A DNA stretch of 64,000 nt from the NCBI RefSeq assembly GCF_006345805.1, contig NC_043011.1:46388464-46452463 (forward strand), in the 5' to 3' direction. The stretch comes from Octopus sinensis. Taxonomy: Eukaryota. The notes below the pieces were generated by a model, which was given only the letters and a program-made list of their open reading frames with translations, ran no database searches and had not been told where the DNA came from. The position numbers were made by a program, and so were the translations under genes. Every line of letters starts with the position of its first letter. Positions within the stretch are counted from its first letter, which is position 1. Below, in pieces: positions 52,947 through 64,000 of the stretch.

Positions 52947-53142
52947 TGCTGGTGGCACGTAAAAGCACCCATTACACTCTTGAAGTGGTTGATGTTAGGA
53001 AGGGCAACCAATTGTAGAAACCATGCCATATCAGACTAGAGTCTAGTGCAGCCTTCCAGCTTGCCAGTCCTGGCTAAACCATCCAACCCATACCAGCTTG
53101 GACAACAGACGTTAAATGATGATGATGATGATGATGATGATG
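52947..53142 (+). mobile_element. Family D 3' fragment
   Basis: ggtggcacgtaaaagcaccc..gacgttaaat(gat)n. Confidence 0.85.
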
Positions 53143-53999
53143 AAAAGAAATGAGGTAAGACAAAGATGACTATTTAACGTACAAACACTTATTCTGATTA
53201 TTTACACACCAGCTCTTTCCTAATTTGTAATATCTTTGTATTTTAATATCAAATAAATAAGGAGATAATAAATTTCGCAGTATCAACCTCATCAACAGCT
53301 TGGTAAATAAGAATTCCTTTAACCTCAGTATATAAATATAGGTTTCTAGCTTGAATCCAGTTTTGGACTGTATACACACACCAATGATTGGATACAAAAA
53401 CTGACTGAAATATAAAATAGATGTAAATATTGTGCAACTGTTCTTCTCTAAAGATGAGGTTAACAGTTGGAAACACATCTCACACATTTGAATATTTACT
53501 CCTTAATAGTACTATGAATAAAAAAAATAATTTTCAAAAACAAACAAATTTAGTTGTGTTTAAAAGAGAGAGAAATAGAGGGTAACATTGTGTGACATTT
53601 TCTTCACTCACACATTAAAATATATACAGAAAATACAGAAAAAAATTATTTTAAAATAAGTAATAATCTATTTCAGTATTAAGGAACTATGCCTCTGGTA
53701 AAACATTTAAAGTGAAATATTTTTTAATATACTGAAGATGTCATACGCGTAAGTAAACGAATGTAAGGTAAATGAATGTAAAATTACTTTAAAAATTTTT
53801 AGTTACTCAAAATGAGAAAGAAAAATACACAAGTAAAGAGAAAACAATGCATCAAGCAGATATTTTTATTGCAAATATCTTAGCTTTTTTTGTAAAATGA
53901 TATCTAAGCATACAAGAAGTATATAACGTTAATAAATGAAAACGAAAATGGAAATTATTTCTGAGAGAATAAAGTTTCCAAAATCAAACACACACCACA

Positions 54000-54003
54000 C
54001 ACA

Positions 54004-54052
<49 letters not shown>

Positions 54053-54161
54053 AAATATGTAATTATATATATAAATATAAATATATATATAATATAAATA
54101 TATATAAATATATATATATATATATAAATATATATGCATATATATATTTATATATATATAT

Positions 54162-54212
<51 letters not shown>

Positions 54213-54216
54213 ATAA

Positions 54217-54255
<39 letters not shown>

Positions 54256-54321
54256 TATATAAATATATATGCATATATATATATGCATATATGCATATAT
54301 ATATATACATACATACATACA

Positions 54322-54398
<77 letters not shown>

Positions 54399-54470
54399 TG
54401 ATGATGATGATGATGATGAGATGATGATGATGATAGTGATGGTGATGATGATGATGACGATAACAATAAT
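54000..54470. repeat. Large compound microsatellite (TA)/(TG)/(TAAA)/(TACA)/(AAT)/(GAT)
   Basis: Direct inspection. Confidence 0.95.
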
Positions 54471-55414
54471 AACAGTTTCAGAATAGTTTTTAGAAAAGAA
54501 AATTTGTTGACAATATTCCAAATGCCTGAGTGAAATGCACTTAAATTCGGAAAAGCTCAAAGAAATATATCCAGTTTAACACTTTTTATATCTCAAATTA
54601 AGTATAATTTTGAATAATATTTAAAGTTGTAATTAAAAACAAAAAAACTTTCATTGATTTGTTCATCTTCAGGGCTTAAGACTTTTGTATATAAAACAGA
54701 GGCGATTTATACAAAATATTTGAGCAGCGGAGTATTTCAACATGGAGAGAAAATGAACAAACTTACTTAAACCTTCCACAGTTCTTTGGAATACTGTTTT
54801 AAACAACATCTAGTAAATATTCCATTGTGGTGGTAAAAGAACTTACCTAAAAAATACAAAAGATAAACATATATGTATTAAACAAGTGAAAAAAGATATA
54901 AGATAAAATTAAAAAGGCTGTGAAAAAAATTATGCTGAAAAATAATGCTTTTTATTTCAGAATCATGGCCTTAATGAACTGGTGGATGTTTATCTGAAGA
55001 AAAGATTTTAAAACATTATAAAATTACTTATTACTAACACATACTATACAAAACACGACCTTGTATTTTCACAAGTACATAAAAATCATAAACACATGCA
55101 TAAAGTTAATTTTGTGTTTAGTCTTGATACAAGAAAACATTTACTGTAAAGTAGGTACAAGAATAGAAATTAGTTAATTTGTGTTAGAATTATCGCTATA
55201 CTTTGGTTATATATAATTATCCCATATTTTGATTAACAATATTTTAATGATATATTAGATGTAAATTAAGTGATACATTAACAAGGCCACAACCCATTGG
55301 CTGAGGCATTGAAATGCTACTATAATAGAGCACTGCCTAAATTTCATCTATGTCAGAAAATATTAATCAAATATATAAATTTCCTCTGTTTGGATTACTT
55401 CTTTTTATACAATA

Positions 55415-55858
55415 ACTAGCAATATAGCCCGGCGTTGCTCAGGTTTGTTTTTTAGTTGCGCTTAAAACAGCAGACTTTGATGTCGCATTAACAAAGTTTT
55501 GACATAGTTTCAATCGTTTTTGTAAAGTAAAAATGTTGCATTATGTAGCTTGTTATTCTCTTTAAGTGAACATTTTTCTGGTTGAAATATACCGAAAAAT
55601 GGTGACACAGCAGTCAAAAAATCATAAAAAATAGGGATTTTCATAGAAAAAAGCACCTTTTTGATGTAAATAATTTTTGATGTTAACATGGTCCAATTTC
55701 GATTTTTTCTTCTACGGAATGAAGAGCAAGCCTTCTTCTATCATACTCTTAATTGTGGTCAACATGAGTCGCAGGGTCTCAGAGGAGATGGTGTTAGTTT
55801 AAGGCTACCAAACCTGCCACATACACACACAGACAACTTCAGCTTTATATGTATAGAT
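55415..55858 (+). mobile_element. Non-autonomous Helitron-like element
   Basis: 5' actagc..gcccggcgttgctc and 3' cacagacaacttcagctttatatgtatagat, the typical termini of small invertebrate Helitrons; no TSD seen. Confidence 0.65.
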
Positions 55859-56725
55859 TAATTTTAGCTGAGTCTCTGTAGCTGGCTTTCTACCATTCAC
55901 CAGGCAATGTTTTACAGATTTTTATGAGAACAATTTGGTTTTTTTATTCAGCTGGTATAATGACATATGATGACTGAGTGATGAGTAAAGTCATAAAAAA
56001 AAAATCATTACAATTTTGAGATGTTTCTGCTAACTAATTATTTAAAATCACATCATTCACAAGGATTGATAAAATAGAGAAAACAAAAAAAAACTGGTAT
56101 TTAATATGACTGGCCTCACTACTTGGTTGTTAATCAAATGAAAATTATTCATAAATCATCATCTGTAGGAAAGCTAGTAATGCATGTGCATGTGTACCAG
56201 CTGCACCAAAATACTATCTATAATGGAACATTAATATATGTTAATGTTCCTATCCACACCAATCAGTATTGATGTTTTATTAGACTATGTGATATCGATG
56301 TTTTAATCTCTTGTGAAATCTAAACAACTACTGATATTTAGATATACAATTGCTATGAAAATTCTCATGGTTATGTCATACTTAAATGAATTAGTTAAAC
56401 AGAATCTGATTATAGTTCCTCCTCCTCTTCCCAATAACAACCACCACAAATAACAAGCAGTGCAGGAGTATAGTTGGTTTTTACAAACAATTCAAGTGGC
56501 AGCACTACTTTCTCTCTTCTCTTTCAGATGAAAGGCAAGGGCTCAAAATACTAGATTCCTCATTCCTCACAGCAACTGATCTTATTATTGACACTCCTGT
56601 GAACTAATTGTTTACTAATACAGGCCAACACCAGTTTACAATTATTTGAGATTTTACCTTTCTAAATAGTTGCTTGGCCTGTACAATACACATGAAAGTC
56701 AAATAACTCTCAATAAACACTATTA

Positions 56726-56985
56726 AATAAATAAATAAATGTGCCCTTTTAAAACCTAGCCAGGCTCATGGTCCCGGTTTCCTGGTTTCTATGGTGTATG
56801 TGTTCCCAGCTGAACGGGACGCCAGTCCATTGCAGCATTACTCATTTTTGCCAGGTGAGTGGACTGGAGCAATGTGAAATGAAGAGTTTTGCTCAAGAAC
56901 ACAACGCGTCACCCGGTCCAGGAATCGAAACCACAATCTCATGATCATGATGCTGACACCCTAACCACTTAGCCACATGCCTCCA
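56726..56985 (-). mobile_element. tRNA/CORE SINE with a V-like segment
   Basis: Head ggaggcatgtggctaagtggttaggg, B box ggtttcgattcc, caatggactggcgtcccgttcag; flanking aaacactatta at 56715-56725 and 56990-57000. Confidence 0.78.
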
Positions 56986-57753
56986 ATTGAAACACTATTA
57001 CTATTTATAAATCAGAATCGTGTTTGAAGTCCAAGACCAGTATGGCTTACTATAAAGAAGAAAATTTTGAATGTTTTCCTCATTTAGTTATCTCTATGTT
57101 ATAAGTCTATTAAAGTTCTGCTCAATCAGAGCTGACAAGAGCTCTGTTAAAAAAAACAAAATATAACAAATAAAATGTACATATGTTAAATAAAAAACAC
57201 TGTAAATAAACTACTTGCTATGTCTAAGTGATGCACTCTAAATTAATAGATTTAAAAATAACACTCAGATAAGTTTGTTCAAACTGGTTAGATTTTGTTT
57301 GGTTAACGGTGAAGCCGTCATCTACTGTGTAATGGAATTATATTCAGCCATTGAATATTGGATTCATATGTATCAAGCAAAATTTTACCAGTTTGGACGA
57401 ACTTCCTTACAGAAAAACATTTCAATGTTGCTTAACAAGTCCAGCTTAGTACACAAATTTATCACTATTCACTATTCTGTTCTATTTCATTTCATTCATT
57501 TTTTTTATGTAAACCTAGGTTTATTCATAACTTTTGAAAACTTAACTTTGACTTAAATTCATTTACATTATAATACTGTATATGAGCTGCACCAATGAGG
57601 AAACACTAATTGTACACATATGATGGAACAATGATATCCCTCTCACCCACATTCCATTAATATGCTTAACTTGGGCATGTGATATCAGTCTTAATCTCCA
57701 AACTAAGGTTAGAGTAATATTTAAAATAGCTGTCATTGGACTATAAGTTGGAT

Positions 57754-58151
57754 TACTCTTTTACTTATTTCAGTCGTTTGATTGTGGCCATGCTGGAGCA
57801 CCGCCTTTAGTCGAAGAAATCAACCCCAGGACTTACTATTTGTAAGCTTAGTACTTATTCTTTCGGTCTCTTTTTGCCAAGCCACTAAGTTACGGGGACG
57901 TACACACACCAGCATTGGTTGTCAAGCGATGTTGGGGGGGGGAGACAAACACAGACACACAAACACACACACACATATATATATACATATACACGATGGG
58001 CTTCTTTTAGTTTCCGTCTACCAAATCCACTCAAAAGGCTTTGGTCGGCCTGAGGCTATAGTAGAAGACACTTGCCCAAGGTGCCACGCAGTGGGATTGA
58101 ACCCTGAATCATGTGGTTCGTAAGCAAGCTACTTACCACACAGCCACTCCT
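57754..58151 (-). mobile_element. SINE family B, full length
   Basis: Reverse-complement consensus match. Confidence 0.9.
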
Positions 58152-58470
58152 GAATTGTAAGTAAAAAACAAGCACTATCAAAAGCTTTATTTTGGCTACC
58201 TTTCAACTTTCACCTATGATTTATATTAAAAATTAACAAGGTGACTGGAGACAAAAGAATTATTTTCATATACATTACAGAATACTAAACTATAACTGGA
58301 TTCAAACTCCCACTCTGTGAAAGTCTGAATCCAGTTAAATATCATGTAATAAATATTATTTCTTAAAGCAAAAAAGTAATAAAGTCTACTGGATGGAAAA
58401 CAGTATATTGAAGTAGGAGTGAGAAAATGACTTGACATGAAAATACTGTTAAAAATTAAAACTTATTAAT

Positions 58471-58820
58471 GCGCCGCCCCGACTGGCGTCTGTGCCGGTG
58501 GCACATAAAAAGCAACATCCGAACGTGGCCGTTGCCAGCCCCACCCCGACTGGCTTCCGTGCCGGTGGCACGTTAAAAGCTCCAACCGATCGTGGCCGAT
58601 GCCGGACCCCCCTGGCACCTGTGCAGGTGGCACGTAAAAAGCACCCACTACACTCGTGGAGTGGTTGGCGTTAGGAAGGGCATCCAACTGTAGAAACTCT
58701 GCCAGATCAGACTGGAGCCTGGTGCAGCCCCTGGCTTCCCAGACCCCGGTCGAACCGTCCAACCCGTGCTAGCGCGGAAAACGGACGTTAAACGATGATG
58801 ATGATGATGATGATGATGAT
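58471..58820 (+). mobile_element. Family D retroposon, young copy with three internal modules
   Basis: CpG-rich; gtgccggtggcac modules at a period of about 67 bp; (GAT)n tail. Confidence 0.9.
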
Positions 58821-59339
58821 GAGATAAAATAGTTGAAGAGAAATCCATATATATATTTATATATATATGTTAAGAAAAATTCTCAAATATCCTGAAAATG
58901 TTGCTTGTTTACAATGAGTCAATTAAGTGGGATATAACTCCAATGATCTTACAACAATTATTATAATAGCTTATTCATTGTAATGCTTTTGAAGAAATTT
59001 GATATCTGATGAGTGAATAGAAAATAAATAAAAATTAGTTACAAAATGAATTTAGAAAAAAATTAAAATCTAAAGTATATCGACTACAAACGTAATTGCA
59101 ATTACATTCTCAAACAGAATTCTGATATCAGATAACAAAAGAAATAATGTTTTTCAGTTGGAAAAAAAAACCCAAAAACAAAACAAAACTAGTTGTAAGC
59201 AATTGGAATACAGCTACTAGAAATAGAGGAACATATTGATCCTAACATTAATCAATAACAATTATCAGTTATTAATTTAGATATAGTATGGATTAATAAA
59301 TATAATAATGACAGATAAAATTAAACTGAAATATCAAGC

Positions 59340-59520
<181 letters not shown>

Positions 59521-60089
59521 GGCTGACATGTGCAATATCTTATTTTATCTATGAGCGGATTACATAGAAATGATATTCAATTCAACTTGATCCCCCTGTT
59601 AGTTCTTAAAATCTTTGTTGACAAGCTCTTTACAAAAAGAAAAAAAATAATAGATAAATAAAATACAGATAAAACATAAAGAAAAATAGGAAAAAATATA
59701 GAAAAATTTTTAAAAAGCAGGTATTAATGATAAAAATGTAAAAATTGAATTATCTCTCTCTTTACAAATGTTTTATTTGTTGATAAATGACTAAAGAAAT
59801 ATATGGTTAAAAAAAAAAAGCTATTTTTCATAGTTTTCAAAAAGCTTTTAGAAAACAAAATCAAAGACTGTCTAAAACTGCTGTGGCTAGATACTCTACA
59901 AAATTTGAATGTCATCAATTCATTACTTATTATCTTCATCCATATCATCATGAAAATGGTCTTGTCCTGTATTAGTAATTATTATTATAATATAAAAGAA
60001 ATTATTATTAAAATAATAATAATAATAATAATTTTTTTAATGTCTACCTTCCATGTTATAATAATAATAATAATGATAATAATAATAAT

Positions 60090-61305
60090 TGTGTACAGTG
60101 CTCAGGTGCACTACAACTCATCTAAAGTGTATATATAATCAGGTGTAGTTTCGGCGGATTTCGGAAAGCATGAGGGCCTTAAAGGATGCAGTGTCATGGC
60201 AGTCAACAACTGACGCAGGCAGTTTATTCCATGCTTCAGCAACTCTGAGCGTGAAAAAATGTTTCCGAAAGTCATGGGAGCTGTGTTGTTTTCTGACTTT
60301 GTAGGCATGTCCACGTGTGTTAGACACATGGAGATCAAAAAGGTGTTCAGTGTTGTTGTTGGTGAGGTGGTTGATAACTTTGTGGGTATTTACCAAGTCC
60401 GTCGCCAGATGCCGGAGCTTCAGTGAATCCATGCCCAGGGAAACAAGGCGCTCAGAATATGGTAGGTGTCTGATGGAGGGTATGCGTTTGGTTGCACGTC
60501 TCTGGACAGATTCCAGGAGGTCAATGTTCTGAGCAAGATAGGGGTTCCAAACTGATGATGCGAATTCCAAGTGTGGTCGTACCATAGCTGTATACAGTTT
60601 TAAATAGATGGCTGGAGAGCGGCTAACAAAAGTCTTGCTGAGTGATGCCAAGACACCCTCGGCCTTCTTGACAATTTTAGAGATATGCTTTGTCCAACGC
60701 AAATCACTGCTGACAGTGATGCCTAGGTCACGCTCGCAAGAGGATTTCTTGATAGTATGTGGATGCAGGGTTTTTTCTCCCAAAATGCATGGTGGTACAC
60801 TTGTCCACAGCCAGTTTCAGTTGCCAGTCTGTGATCCATTGCTGCATTGTGTCTAGGTCTGATTGCAGGAAAGAGTTGTAGACATCAGGATCAGTCCTCT
60901 TGATTTCAAGGTACAGCTTGATGTCGTCTGCATATTTCAATACTGTGGCATTCTTTAAATTGGCATCTATGTCATTAATGTATGCCACAAACAGGAGGGG
61001 ACCAAGGACAGATCCCTGTGGTACACCCGATGACATCTCATATGGTGTAGAGTGCTGTCCTAGAACTGTGACTACCTCCTTTCGGCTGAGGATGAAGGAT
61101 TTCAACCAGTTAAAAAGGTCATCCCCCACACCCATTGCAGAGAGTTTCACCATAAGCCTTTTGTGTGGCACAGAGTTGAAAGCCTTAGCAAAGTCAAGGT
61201 AGACAACATCCACCCATGAGCCACTGTCAGTGATCTGAGTAATGTCCTCAAGGAACTTGACAAGCTGGTCACTGCAGCTGGAGTTAGGGACGCATGGGTG
61301 GAACT
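60090..61305 (-). mobile_element. 5'-truncated CR1-clade LINE (RT domain plus C-terminus), pseudogenised by one frameshift
   Basis: YLDFAKAF, GVPQGSVLGPLLF and KYADD motifs (ORF 60728-61213); ERDLG, VRPHLEFASSVWNP and FFTLRVAEAWNKLP (ORF 60139-60783); short 3' UTR and (ATT)n tail. Confidence 0.95.
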
Positions 61306-61334
61306 AAAATAATGATAATAATAATAATAATAAT

Positions 61335-61710
61335 TATTATTATTATTATTATTATTATTGTTATTGAGAGAGCAATGCATGCCATCAAAAGGTCTCTGAA
61401 TAAGGGTTGTTTAAGGATGTTGAACGAAACGCCCATGTTTCCAAATGTGAATTATCCAAACCCCAAAGAATTCCTTTCAACACATGGCTATGATGCATCC
61501 CTGCACTACTGCTGCTCATGATCAGAAATGCACATATAATCAACCACCAGGGGACATGCTCAACTTGTTAAGATCAAACAAGTGACAAGCAAATGTGTGG
61601 TAATGAGCAGAATATTTGTTGCAGCCCATCTTTTATACCAAGACAAAACAATGTACATTTAATGCACTCTCACTACTTCTGCTCGTGATCAGAGATGCAC
61701 ATATCGTCAG
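61335..61710 (-). mobile_element. Unclassified retroposon with an (AAT)n tail
   Basis: Minus strand ends gcatgcattgctctctcaataacaataataa; internal repeat ctact(g/t)ctgctc(a/g)tgatcaga(a/g)atgcacatat occurs twice. Confidence 0.5.
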
Positions 61711-61714
61711 CTAG

Positions 61715-62280
61715 AATCGTTAGCCTGTAGGGCAAGATGCTTACTGACACTTCATCTTTATGTTCTGAGCTCAAATTCCGCCAAGGTCAACTTTGCTTTT
61801 CTTCCCTTTTGGGGTCATTGAAATAAGTACAAGTTAAGCACTGGAGTCAGTGTAATTGACTTACTCCCCCCACCCCAGAATGACTATTCTTGTGCCAAAA
61901 TTTGACACCATTATTATTATCATTATCATTATTAAGGCAGTGAGCTGGCAGAATTGGACAAAATAATTAGCAACATTTTGTTTGTCTTTACATTCTGAGT
62001 TCAAATTTTGGCAAGGTTGACTCTGATTTTCATCATTTCAAAATTATAGAATAAGCACTGGTTAAATGCTGGGGCCCATGTAATCAACTAATCCCCTTCC
62101 ATAAAACTGCTGGCCTTGTGCTTATAATAGAAAGGATTATCCTCATCATTCTGATAATTGAAGTGGTGAGTTGGCAGAATTGATAGCATGACAGACAAAA
62201 TGTTTAGTGACAATTCATCCGTCTTCACATTCTGAGTTCAAATTCTGCTGATGATTCTTATCCTTTCAAGGTCAATAAAT
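61715..62280 (+). mobile_element. Three consecutive old family A (variant tail) copies
   Basis: tctgagttcaaatt-type motif near 61765, 61995 and 62232. Confidence 0.75.
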
Positions 62281-62281
62281 T

Positions 62282-64000
62282 ACAATGGGGAACATTTCAA
62301 AAAAAATTTTTTAGTTGTCTTGCTTTTTGCAATTAGTCCTACCTAATTTGATGGCATTGGGTTCAGAAATTCCCTCAGAAATGTTCTATCATGTCAAGCT
62401 TTTTATTAAACAGGAATTTTTACCAAAAAATGTCAATTTTATCATTAAATGCAATACTGAAATAAGAAACTAACATAAACCAAATAGTACTTTTTATTGT
62501 TTAACAGATATATTACACAAAATGTTTAATTACACATCTTAGAATAGATACTTCTGTCAAACTTGAGTTCTAACTTCTTAAGGAATGAATTACCACTTTG
62601 TTGCTTTATGTGAAAAATTGCATCATGACAGTCTCTTTGCAGTGATCAGCAACAGACAGCACCATGTTGGTGTTCCACCTGCCTTGATATCTAGTCCCCA
62701 CATTCTCGATATCTTAGTGGAATCTTTTTTCTTGCTCATCACTATTACCTTAGGATTTTCAAGGAAGTAGTCCAGACGACTGTGCAGGAAATGCACATTT
62801 ACATTCATGTTGCAGTCCAATTACTAGAAAACTGGTTAACAGGGTCTGCACAAGATCTTCATTATTTGATAGCTTCCTGATTCTCAGGAAATCAGATACA
62901 ACTGCAGCAAAAGGATTCCATGCATCTTTTTCAATGCCAGACATGCTCTCCAAAAATAGCTCCTCCTGCGATAGTCACCTAATAAGTGGCCCATTAAACA
63001 CACCAACCTTATTTTTCTCACAAGACAAAGCTGGAAACTTTCTGCTTAAGTATTTGTAACAGTCAATGCCTCAATTTTTCAACACATGTTTTGCACACTA
63101 AATGGGATGCTCAAGCTTTGTCTTGTCACCCAGTTTCATGCTAGAGTAAGTAATGAAGTAAGGTAAGCTTTCTTTACAAATTCTGTGATTTTGTTTCACT
63201 GCCTAATCCAGAAATAAGCAGAAGACATCGGGACTGATTTTACATTCTCTTCTCTCACAGCAGTCCATATTTCTGAAAACCTGTTCAAGCCAGTTGTCAG
63301 CTGGGTAAGCATTTTCAGAATAGTCAACAGTTATAAAGTAAGCAAATGCAGATTCGTGATGGCAAAGTTCAATAGAGAGTATACACAACATGAAGTTCTT
63401 TTTACAGTTCTTTGACCATGCTTAACAAAATGTGACCTTGACACATGTTACATCACAATCAAAACATTAAGGGCACATTCAAAATACCAATTTTCATAAG
63501 AGACAGTTAAAAGTTCAACAAAACATGTCTCATCTACTTTGCAATAATACGATAATCACACTAAATTAAGCAAAGTGTGAACATATCTGCAGATAAATTC
63601 TGCAAATATGAGACATAAGGTGTTAAGGGGCAGAAAAATATGTTGTTCCTTAACATCTAATTGTATAAAGGACATTTCTGTCATCATTATGACATTTGAA
63701 ACTGGCTTGGTTGTAAATACTGAAAGTTGCTCAAGTCTGATACATTTCATTTACTAAAGATACTTAAACCATGACTTTTGTTTCCACTTTTGCAGTTGTA
63801 GTTACTTACTTTAAGTGACATTGAAAACCTATGTTTTCAAAGTCATGTCAAGCTCCATACATGGGTTCACATTTGATGAAGTCAAATCTATCCTTAGAAA
63901 TGGTGACAATACCAGAAATATTGAAAAATGGACATCTCAGTTTGTGGAAAATCTTGACGTACTAGAGCAAAATGGATTTCAATTTTTAAATAAGTACCCC
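62282..64000 (-). mobile_element. Decayed DNA transposon, CMC/Chapaev3-like transposase relic (runs off the window)
   Basis: Minus strand reads KFPALSCEKNKVGVFNGPLIR, AWNPFAAVVSDFL and CNMNVNVHFLHSRLDYFLEN (compare CNMSIKVHFLHSHLDYFPEN); inverted subterminal motif tctatcatgtcaagc (about 62387) / cttgacgtactaga (about 63955). The superfamily label is from memory. Confidence 0.7.

Overview
AT-rich, repeat-saturated eukaryotic DNA. The SINE families, (GAT)n-tailed retroposons and dense (TA)n/(CA)n/(AAT)n microsatellites strongly resemble an Octopus (coleoid cephalopod) genome; this assignment is inferred from recognised repeat families, not from a search. I could not identify a host protein-coding exon with confidence, so the window reads as intronic or intergenic. 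Nearly all listed ORFs are microsatellite or SINE artefacts, or transposon relics. Recognisable contents: (1) about 45 SINE-like copies or fragments, in my labels family A (tRNA-like head plus a Meta-like central domain), family B (tRNA head plus CORE-like domain, several tails), family C (tRNA/CORE or tRNA/V-like) and family D ((GAT)n-tailed, RTE-related). (2) A young 5'-truncated CR1-clade LINE RT fragment (60090-61305, minus). (3) An internally deleted mariner with intact TIRs (12413-12977). (4) A hAT derivative with TIRs and a TSD (27608-28278), a MITE (2491-2910) and a non-autonomous Helitron (55415-55858). (5) Decayed Chapaev3-like, Gypsy, RTE and Penelope relics. The most distinctive feature is a 7 x 94-bp minisatellite (17811-18468) that grew out of a dead Penelope GIY-YIG endonuclease. 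Also notable are closely spaced inverted SINE pairs (potential dsRNA/ADAR substrates), repeated nesting of family D inside family B, and a SINE heterodimer under one TSD. I found no CRISPR, rRNA or genuine tRNA gene, and no evidence of a novel multi-gene system. Boundaries were read by eye and are approximate unless TIRs or TSDs are quoted.
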